Below, piece by piece: positions 52,428-64,000 of a DNA stretch of 64,000 nt. The stretch is from the human T2T-CHM13v2.0 reference genome, Homo sapiens. A model generated the notes under the pieces. That model ran no database searches, was not told where the DNA came from, and worked only from the letters and a program-made list of their open reading frames with translations. The stretch's first letter is position 1; each line of letters starts with the position of its first letter. The DNA lies in NCBI RefSeq assembly GCF_009914755.1, contig NC_060932.1. One strand, given 5' to 3'. The translations under genes were made by a program, and so were the position numbers.

Positions 52428-55400
52428 GGATGCTAGATTTTCTGAAATTAGCAAGATCAACAGAGAAGAATCCCAAAGGTATTAATGATTGAATGCTGTT
52501 CATGGAGGCTAAGATACTAAAATATCAATAAAGACAACAGAACTTCCAAATACCAAACAGCAGATGCTGGGTCAACAGCAAGCAGACCAAATGAACAGTG
52601 ACTCCCTGAGAATGAAATCCACGCCTGGCCTGGTGAATGTAGAGGGCACTCAGCACACATTGAACTGAGCTACCCAGGGCTCTGTGAATCACTTGTACAT
52701 GAGAAAGCCCTAGGTGCAACAGAGGTGATCTATAACAATGAAGATTGGCATTTTGATGATGTTTACAATTTACCAAATATCTCAATTTAATCCTTAAAAT
52801 ATCCTGGCTGGAGTGGGAGAGGGAAAGATTTTGAAGCAATAAATAAATAAATAAACAAACAAACAAACAAAATGCTGTGAGCTACAAAGCTGGGCTGTCT
52901 CATTTCAGGGCTGGCTCCTCTGGTAAATTTGCCAGTCCGAGAGGAAGTGAACCCTCTGTGCAGAGGGGAGACTGAGGGAGCGATATCATAAGGATGGGGG
53001 AATGGGTGGCTATTTGTTTGAGTAGGGATTAAAGTTTATGGTTAGGATACTGCAGTGATACAAGTTAAAGGGATTGGCTTTGGAGGTAGACAAACCTGGG
53101 TTTGAGTCCCAACACTGCCACTTGGTAACTATGTGAGCTCCCTGAGCCTCTATTTCTTAATATATGAAATAGGAATATCACTACTTACCTCCAAGGGTTG
53201 TTGAAAGAATTAAAGTGTGCTTGGAACATAACTGGTGATCAATAAATATTTACTGAACGGATGTTGATTGATTAGATAAAGCATGAAAAAGAGTACTTAG
53301 AAAGTGTCCTGTGTGTAGTGATGTGTTGGTAAATATTAACAACTATCTCTACCTTCCTTTTTCCTCACCATCCTTAAAGCCCTAACTTAAAGCACCTGCC
53401 TATTTCTGTGGTGTAAATACTCCTTCTCTGGCTGTTTTCAAGCTACCAAACTGACACCACTGAATGAAGAGTTGGGCACAGATGCGTACATATGTCTCTT
53501 GTGAGCCAAAATGAGCCAACTCCAGCATGTGTATTACCTTGTATTGGTAGTGATTAACCTGAAGAAATTAGGATTATATGGCAAGTGATATGTCTTAAAT
53601 TATTTTCTCTGAGCTACCACCTTGAGAAAGACATTGACAAATGGTTATTTCAGAAATGGAGAATACCCATCTCAAGGACCAAAGCAGCCATCCACTCAAT
53701 TTTATCTTATCTACAAGGCAAATTATGCTTATCATTGCAAAGATACAACCCAGTTTAAAAGCTTTGGCAGCAGTATTCTGAAACCATACATCACTCCATG
53801 AAGCTATTCCTGTTTCTCTATAAAATGCAATGTGATCCTGATTTTCCAGAAAAGGTTGGGGTTCCCTATTACTGAAAAAAAAAGAGAAAAACAGATGACT
53901 TAACAAATGTCTGTACTTTCACATTTTGTTGGAACTTATAACACTCTAAACACACAAAAATTCAAGAAACGTAATCCATTTTAACTTAAAGAGCTATATA
54001 TTTTTTGTAAACAATTAATAATATGTAGTTTTGCTCAGTCAGGATTCTCTTGAACATCCAAGTTGCTCTTACATTTTTCCCCTCCCTCTTTTCTTTTGCT
54101 TTTCTTTCCTTAAACAACTTTTATATGAAGTTGAAGTTGAAATATATTCTATTATGTTATATTTATCAAATAAAGTTTGATGGCTTATCTTCTGATTCAA
54201 TATTTTCCCTTAGGATCAGCTGTCTACATTTTAAAATACATAAATTAACAATTCTCCAAAGCTGTCAAATCAGATAAAAACGTCTTCTCTTTCCTTTGAA
54301 ATTTCCCAAAAGATCCAGTAACAGTAATAGCTGCATGGTATGGTGTTGACAAATTTTATTATTATGCAATAAAATCATAGATAAAAATCAAGCTCTCACA
54401 AGATAATCCCACTATTTGAAATAAGGCAGGGGTAATCTGCTGGGTAAATTTAGTTAAATTTCCTTCTACGCATCTCTGAAACTATAGCTTTTGCTCCTTC
54501 TGTGTGCAGTTTATTCATTTACCAGATGCCACCTATGTACCAAGTACTGGCAAAAAAGAATAAGATGCTGCTCTGAAGGAACTAACTCTAGCCAGGAGAC
54601 CAGCTGAGTTCAGGGACTGACAAATGCTGATGTGACTCTGTACTCTGTGCTTTGGGAGTCCAGAATAGGAAGTGATTAATTTTCTTGGTAGGGACAACAG
54701 ATAAGCAAAGAAATAGCATTTGCTATTCCTGCTTGCCCTCAAACTCTTATCCCCACTCACAAAGAAATCTGAATATTTGAAATGAAAACCAAAGCAAGGA
54801 CTTTGATAACCTCATGTGAATTTAAAAATCTAGAGTTTTTATGATTCTTTTTCTTAACCTTCATGTGATATTTTTATCCTGTAAGTTGTCTTTGCCTAAT
54901 GCCATAGGGAACCATCTCCAGACAGTTCCCAAACCTCATTTCATTTTATCCATTTTATTTAATATCTTTTCCACACCAACATTTTTTGAATAAGGCATTT
55001 CTCCATGATTTGGGTTTCATGACTATTTTCTTCCTTTTATTTTTTTTTTTTTGTCTCTACAGAGGTCCAGTGGTACAGTGGGAATCAAAAAGACCTTATC
55101 ACAAATCCTGGCTCTTAGGTTTACTTAATGCTTAACCTAGGGAAAGTTACTTAATCCTACTGAGACTCAGCTTTCTATTCTGTAAAATGGGAACAATAAT
55201 ACCTACCACTTGGCTTGCTTTATGGATTAAGTAAAATAATGAATATAAACCACTTAGTACAGAGCTTGGCAGATAGTGCTCAAAACAGCACATGATAACT
55301 ATCATTTATTGGTATTTTTAAAACAATGATGCACTAAAATGCCTAAAAATTTGATACCAGAAAAAAATACTAAGAAACTAAAATAATTCACAGAATTGAT

Positions 55401-55892
55401 AGTGAACTCATAAAAATTTCAGTTGGCATTAATTCTGCCAAAAAAATCACAAAACAATTTGCAAAGGAGAACTGATGAAACCAGTGATTTGATGATCTCT
55501 GCTGCCTCAAAACGTTTTCTCTACAAGAAGACTAAGGCAAAGCCAAGCATTTAAATATGGTCTATCAGGGTTCCCTGTTAGTCTAGCGCCCCTTCTGGAA
55601 GCAACTGGAACTGATGCCAAGATTGGCCCTACCTTGGATCCACTTCAGGCGTCACATAATCTATCATCCAGTTCTATTGATTTTACTACTTTATAATATC
55701 CTAAATCCACCCTCTATGTTCATCTCCTAGATTACTGCTACAGTCTCATGAATGCAGCAGCTGCCATCAGTGCCTCCAACTTAATTTTTTCCTTGAGAGA
55801 CTTTACAAAACAAACGCTGAGTAACTTATCCTTCATTACTTCATTTAACTCAATGTTTATAATTTACAGCATCTATTATTACTTAAGGATAA

Positions 55893-56297
<405 letters not shown>

Positions 56298-57228
56298 CAG
56301 TTCTCTAATTTTAAGTGAAAAAAATACCTCCCTCCCTCCCAGGGTTATTATAGTGACAGAGACCTTAGCAGTGTGTCTTGCATTCAGTAAGCACTCACTA
56401 AATGTTAGTGCTGCTGTTATTTATCACATACATCTTCAGAAACACCGAGGATCCTAGGATTCTTATAGTTACCACCTACTTGTCACCCATTAATGTTAAC
56501 ATTTATAAACTAACTCCCCAGAAATATTAACTGTAACCTTAAACCACCTATTTTGACTGAGCATATAAATACAGCATATAAAGAACTGCAGTTTTCTGAG
56601 AATTTAAAGCACGTGAGAAAACTTGTTTACCTAATCAAAGCCTTAGGAAGTGTTTAAAAATGGATAAATCTTGCATAATGGACTCTGAGAATCCACAAGT
56701 AAAAATTTTTCATAAGACATTAAAGGAGAAACCAAAGCCTCTACAAGATCCAAATGAATTGAATCAAAAAAACAGCCAGAGAGCTCTGGAAAAGGAGAGG
56801 TACATTTGAAAAATGGAAAGAAGAGGGAGAAGCCTTAGAACTAGTCCAAGGGTGGCAAACACTACCATCTACATGGCCAGGCAAGTAATGTGTGAAGCCT
56901 TCTGGGTGAAAACCAGAAATACCTCCTAGCTAGGGGCCTGCCATCTAGCTCTGGCCCATTGGACCCATGTGGGATTGAGGACACAGGGTTGCCTCCCCGG
57001 CCCCCATATCCAGAAATTTAGATTTTTTAAATCTAAAATTCTCAAATATTTTAGTGTATTTGGTGTAGTAAAATTTTAAAACTATTTCAAACTCTGTGTG
57101 AACTAAACAAAACTTGTGTGAAAGCCCCAATATCTCTTTTATAATAACAGGGGTCTTTGATAGAGATTTGGTCATCAAAAGGGGAAAGCAAAGAGACAAA
57201 AGTGACATTTATTGACCTCCTACCAACC

Positions 57229-57412
57229 TGTTGCCCAGGCTGGAGTGCACTGGTATGGCTGGCTAATTATTTTTTATTTTTAAATTTTTTGTAGAGATGG
57301 GGTCTCACTCTGTTGTCCAGGCTGTTCTCAAACTCCTGGCCTCAAGTGATTCTCCCACCTCTGCCTCTCAAAGGGCTGGGATTACAGGTGTGGTGAGCTA
57401 CTGCTTTGGGCC
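57229..57412 (-). mobile_element. Internally deleted Alu (AluJ-like)
   Basis: tgttgcccaggctggagtgca joined almost directly to ggctaatt...gagatggggtctcac...gggattacaggtgtg. Confidence 0.8.
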
Positions 57413-58151
57413 ATGCCTTTCATTTAAAAAAAAACCCATTTGAGTGTCACAATTTGTTAGGAAGGAAACATTGTTGTCATTTTCCAGATGAGGGAATTGA
57501 GCCCAAGGAGGATCGAGAAACTTGCTCAAGGCAACACAGCTAGGAAATGGTGGCGAGGGCAAGAGAGAATTTAGGTCTTCTCCAGCCCAAAACTCCACCA
57601 TTGCTCTGGTGGTCATAAAAACTGACCTTGCAGATCTTCAACTAATGGGAGCACATTTTTTCAAGGGGCTGCTGCTGACCTCTGAACTTCATTACACTTT
57701 TACACAGAGGTCACACCTCCCACAGTGGCTCTCAGCCAATGACTGGGCCTGGCCTGTAGCTGGGAGATCTGAGACTTGGCTCAAGGACTCCCTGACGGCC
57801 TTTTTCAGCCTCCCCTAGACTGTAGGGTGTTCCAGGATGCTCCTACCCATTTTATCTCTTTCTTTTCTTTACTGGTTTCAGACTTAACTTGCAATCTGAG
57901 GGCTCTCCCAATCTTTTCCAGCCACCTCCTAGTTTCTTTCACAGGTGTTTCCCCTAATAAAACTCATACACCTTTATCCATCTTGGTGTCTGCCTCTTGG
58001 AGGACCCTGACTAACACAATTGCCAAAAGCCCCCACCAGATTACCCCACAATCTGGAAATCCCGAACTGACCTATCAGTCTGCAAGGGGAAATGCGTGCA
58101 TCCAATAATGATCCTTTATCTAAAAACTGGCATCTCTAATCTCTCATATCA

Positions 58152-58535
<384 letters not shown>

Positions 58536-59304
58536 TCACTTGATAAATATAAAATATTAAAAGAAGAATGACTTAGAAGAAAACTTAGCAACTCTATTAA
58601 GTCATAGCTTCATCACTGTAACAAGTAACTTTAAGAATAGAACATAACATTAACATTTCATTACAAAGTAATTACATTTTTCTGAGAGAAAAACCCAAGA
58701 GATCACTCTTTAAGGTGATTAATGAGGGTGGAGTGAGTGGAAGGAGGGCATTGTCTTTTATGTTCAGATTTTAAAATTATTTTTATTTATATGTTAACAA
58801 CACATTTTTTCATTTTTAAATTATAAAATATTTTTAAACGCAGATGACTGATGAACACACTGACCCTATATCCAGCTCTATGAAATTTTAACTTTTTATA
58901 GATACAATGGGGGCTTCTTCAATACCCCTTCCCAAATCCCATGCCCGTTCCTGCCTTCCCAAAGGAAATAGCTATTTGGTAGTTATCAAATTGGACTTGG
59001 TAGTTATCAAGGAAAAGTATGTATGGAATTTCTTTCATTGTCTGTAGCAAAACTAGAAATTTGAAGATAACAGAAATAATAAAATACGTTGGAATATAAT
59101 CTCTTAGCATATTCTGTGTCATACATTTGTCATCATTCTCAGTAGTTTATTAATACTTTTCAATCCTACATAATACGATTGATGACTTTCAGGCTGGGTA
59201 TTTGAAAATGCTACATGCCTCCTTTCCTTAAATCTCATTAAATGGAAAAGAAAAAAATCTGGCAGCAGTGACTAATATGAGCATAATCTGAGTCCTTTTT
59301 TTCT

Positions 59305-59597
59305 TTAAAATGTTTTATTTCCATAGGCTTTTGGGGAACAGGTGGTATTTGGTTACGTGAGTAAGTTCTTTAGTGGTGATTTGTGAGATTTTGGTGCACC
59401 CATCACCCAAACAGTGTACGCTGAACCCAATGTATAGTCTTTTATCCCTCACCCCTTCCCACCCTTTCCCGCTGAGTCCCCAAAGTCCATGGTGCTATTC
59501 TTATGCCTTTGCATCCTCATAGCTTTGCTCCCACTTATGAGTGAGAACATACAATGTTTGGTTTTCCATTCCTGAGTTACTTCACTTAGAATAATAG
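59305..59597 (-). mobile_element. L1PB/L1MA-like 3' end
   Basis: ggggaacaggtggtatttggttacgtgagtaagttctttagtggtgat...gagtgagaacatacaatgtttggttttccattcctgagttacttcacttagaataat. Confidence 0.88.
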
Positions 59598-60483
59598 CAT
59601 ACTCTAAATTCTGGTAGAAGGTTCTACAATCCCTCTCAGGAATGGATTAAAGAGATAAATTTTTTAAAAATCGTCAAGGCTGAGTGAGTCTAAGGAGGAG
59701 CAGCTCAAAGTTCCCCTAGCCTTATTTGGAAGGGCTGATGAGGAAGCCCCCGCTGCTGTGTGCTGCAGTCCTAGTAATGAACAAGATAACACTGGCCTGT
59801 TCCTTGGTCTAACTGCTTACTTGGTTTCCAATCCCAACATGCTCAGACAGAATTCTTGACTTGTAATGCTGACCACAACCCACCCACTCAAGTTTGCTCC
59901 TCCCTTGAGTTCTCATCTCAGTAAATGACATCACCATCTATCTTTCCTCACCCCTCAACCAGCATCAAGCTTCTTTGTTCTACCTTCTCCCAAAATAAAC
60001 CCCCCGCTTCTCCTCTCCCCACTCCATGGCTCCCACTGGAGTCTATACCGTCATCTCTCACCTGGACAACCCCAACACTTCTTACTGGCTTCTTTGTTTC
60101 AATTCTTACCCTCCTGCATTCCTTACCACTCTCCACAAAGCTGCTCAAATTGTCTTTTAAAAATGAAGATCAGATCATGTCACTTTCCTGCTTGAAACCC
60201 TCAGTGGCTCCAGGCTGTTACCTAAGAGCCAAATAGCTGTAAAAAAGCATGGTGATGATAATAATAAAAAATAATCTGCTCTCAGTGAGAAATAGCTGCC
60301 ATGGAAAAGAGAAAGAGGAGCATCTAGTATGTCAGGGAGATCGTTTATAACATCTTATTTCATCTTTAGAATGCCTCTCCAAGGTAGAGAGTATTTTCCA
60401 CATTTTATAGGAAAAATAAATTGAGATTTAGAAAGGTTATATCACTTGCCAAAGGACATATGACCACTTTGATGAAACTAAGA

Positions 60484-60797
<314 letters not shown>

Positions 60798-60819
60798 TGG
60801 AAACTTGGATCTTTTTATA

Positions 60820-61345
60820 TTTTTTAAATTTACAATAAAAATGACCTTCTGGTGCACATTTCTATGAATGTTTACACATACATAGATTTGTGTTACCATC
60901 ACAACAATTAAGACACAGAACAGTGATACCACTACCCTAGACTCATACTATCCCTCTGTAGTCACGCCCTCCCCCAATCCCTAACACCTGGCAACCACTG
61001 ATCTATTCTTCATCACTATAGTTTTCTCTTTTCAAGACTGTCATATAAGTAGAATCATAGAGTATGACTGACTTATCTAATTCCACATCAATCCTTTGAG
61101 ATTCATCCAATTTGTTTTGTGTATCAATAGCTCCTTTTTTGTTGCTGCATAGTATTCCACTGTATGGACATACCGCAGTGCTATACATTCACCCACTGAA
61201 GGCCATTTGGGTTGTTTCTAAATAGTTTTTTGATGAATATGAATAGAACTGTTATAAACATTCAGGTACCTGTTTTGCATGAATATTTCTCTAATGTAAA
61301 TACCCAGGAGTGAAATTGCTGGGTCATATTTTAAGTGTATGCTGC
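60820..61345 (-). mobile_element. L1MC/L1ME-like 3' fragment
   Basis: cctggcaaccactgatct...gtagaatcatagagtatg...tagtattccactgtatggacatacc...aggagtgaaattgctgggtcat. Confidence 0.75.
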
Positions 61346-64000
61346 AGCAAAAAAAAAAAGAGCTTTCAGTGACCTTAGGAACCAACTTATTGATATAAAG
61401 AAATGTCAAAGAATCACCAAGAAGCAGGAGGCGGGTACAAATACACAATAATTTCAAACATTAAGAAGGATGGAGGGGTATTAATCAAGTGGTAAATAAC
61501 ATCACTGAAACAAGAAAATTATTTAAAGGAATACTAAGTATAGAATGAGTTATGATGAATTATGGTGATGAAAGATACAAACTCAAAGAAAATAAAGCTA
61601 GGAAACAATAGAGAGGGGCTTCAAACCTTCAGGGTGAAAAGACTTTTTATGGCCATTATAATCTGCCAAATATTTCCATAGCCTGGGCTGCTGCATTCCT
61701 ACACATCACAGTTATATTGATGGGAGGGACTCTTGGGATTGTATTACAGCATACTATATAAAGAAGATTTTTGGACTGATGCATTAGTAAGGTTGCTATA
61801 TGAAGAAAGTAAAATGAATTAAAAATTTGTGCTGAAATGGTTATTTGAAGTACATGAATGGGAGGAAAAAAGAAATTCTTAAGAGTTACTGAAGCTCTTA
61901 GGGAAAACATCTAACAGAAGAAATAATCTTTATACACAAATATTGTCATTACAATGTTGCCTAAACTATTTAAAAACTGAAGCATAACTATTTTCCAAAG
62001 TCTATCCTATAGAATATTAGGCATTTATGAAAGACTAGAATTAAAAATACTCTGGGAAGCAAAAACCCTGACAATTATGTAATATCAATGGAAAAACCGG
62101 TGATAGAGAGTATGTACATTATGTCTACCAGAAAAATATATATGCATGTGGGCAAATACAAGAGGGAATATACAAAGTAGCTTTTTTTGTGGCTAAGAAA
62201 AGGAAGATGGCAGATTCCAGGTATCTTCAGTGTTCTTGTTATACTGTTTCCTTGATGTAAGTTGTGATCTTAAAATGAGGTTGACACAGCAAAATATCAA
62301 ATCAGATTTCTTTGCCTCATACCAAAAAAAAAAAAAAAAGGTCATTATGTTGACTTTCTCAGACTTGGGGTTAGCAAGAGAAAGAGGACAATTAGACAAC
62401 ATCTAAGAGATTCTTTATATTAAGTCATTATGTAAATGAAGTCATATTAACACAAAATGTAAATTTGAGGCACTATCACCAGCAGCAAAAGGAATGTGCT
62501 TCCACTTTCACATTGGAAGGTGTCTGACAGGGTGTCATTTGTCACCCAACTTTTTCCTTCCAGCTGAAGCTGTAATTCTCCAATCTTAGGAGCTTTCACA
62601 CTTCTGAATCCTTGCACATGAAGTTGTCTTTTCCCTAAAGGCCCTCCTCACTTCTGCCCTTCTCCCTGCCCTAAAACTCCACCCAAGAACCCTGGTCCCT
62701 AGAAGCTGACCCTGACGACATGGGGTGAAACTGAACATTTTCCTCCATCGTTTAGCATTATCTGAAGGTATCACATTGATCTCTTGACAAGGCTCTCTTT
62801 TCCTACTTGGTACACACTTTAAGACAGAGACTAGGTTGGTTTAGCTTCAGCACATGCTAGGTGCTTTATAAACATTTATGTGATGATCAAATTAAAAGAT
62901 TGCATGATTGTCCTCCTGTTTAGTCAGGTTGGTTTAAATTCCTGCCTCCACTGTCTTCTGGGACATGACTGTGTTTTGGGAACAGAACACTGAAGTAAAT
63001 GAGAGGTAAACATCCAGCCCATTTCTGTTGGGTACCCAACATTTCTAGCATGCTGTACAGGTTGATTAGTAATGAATAAATAAGTAAAATTGTTATAACT
63101 ATCATTCTTAGTGGCATCTTAGCTTATATGAAATACTTGTTCACTAATACCTATAAATACTTGGCAATTTTAATATTACCAACTGTAATAAGCACACAGC
63201 TCAGTATTATTACTCCATTTCCAAGATGATAATGCTGAAATAGTGCCGTTTCACAACTTGCCCAAGGTTCACATAGTTTAATATTGAATGAACTTGTGAG
63301 AGGCAGAAACCACTTCCAACTTTTGAGAATACTGTTATATTTGTAACCCTGCCATCAGAAAGTTTTAAAAATTGTGGTACATTTTCAATATTTAATTATA
63401 GACAGTTTTAAACATAAAAATACAATGCAATATCATCACGTGATTTATCAGATCACTACCAAACAGTGTTTAAAATCTATGCATTTGTTGTGCACTTTGG
63501 GAGATGTGGTCCATTATTGGAACAAACGCAAGTTCAGAGTCACACATCTTTGTAAGGACATCTGTCATTCCTTTGAACACACTTCCTCTGGGGAATTCTC
63601 CCCATGGCAGAAGCCAAAAACATGTCTTCCCAGACTTCTTTGCAGCTAGGGCCCAGGCATGTGACCTGGGCTCCTTCAAAATGATGCCCTAGTACCAGAC
63701 TTTGCCTGGCAAGTTGGTGACACAGGAAGCAGCTACCACAGGAATCCATGTGGAGGGTAGAGATGGGTCAATCCTGGGTTTAGGGCCAGCTGTGACAGAG
63801 ATTCTAGCAGCAGGATCTGAGCTCCACTGCAGTGAGGTGATCTGCAGTATCTGTGCCTAGGAGCAGGAGCAGAGCTCTCCGATGCCCTGTGGGATGCCTG
63901 GGGCATCAGTCCTGGCTGCTCAGCCTCTCAGCTTGCTCCTCTAGCCCTCCTGGAGAGTCTATGAGCCACCCAGTATCCTTTGATACATTCCCTTTTTGTT

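Noticed and set aside
55582-55600. CTCF-like motif (tagcgccccttctgga)
   Set aside because: Core spacing is one base off the consensus; cannot be supported without ChIP data

Overview
This is mammalian genomic DNA, human-type by its Alu, L1PA, LTR12 and THE1 content. I recognise it as the DCSTAMP (TM7SF4) / DPYS locus, human 8q22.3 from memory. The + strand carries the complete DCSTAMP gene: TATA/AP-1/NFAT promoter ~5230-5345, non-coding exon 1 ending at 5383, and coding exons 14074-15102, 20398-20706 and 21645-21719. These splice via GT-AG to a 470-aa protein, with an ATTAAA poly(A) signal at 22186. The - strand carries the 3' end of dihydropyrimidinase DPYS: coding exons 58284-58491 and 46689-46805, a 3'UTR intron, and a last exon ~44920-45334. 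The genes converge across a ~23 kb gap containing an LTR12 and an orphan CpG island. Much of the remainder is interspersed repeat. I found no evidence for a wholly new gene system. The observations most worth following up are: a candidate 5'UTR exon with three uORFs chained by AUGA stop-start overlaps; an orphan CpG island with promoter-like and splice-donor features; an LTR12 promoter facing antisense into DCSTAMP; a 33-bp perfect dispersed duplication; a near-adjacent inverted Alu pair; and a DPYS 3'UTR junction that regenerates a donor-like sequence. Repeat subfamily calls are by eye and their boundaries are approximate.
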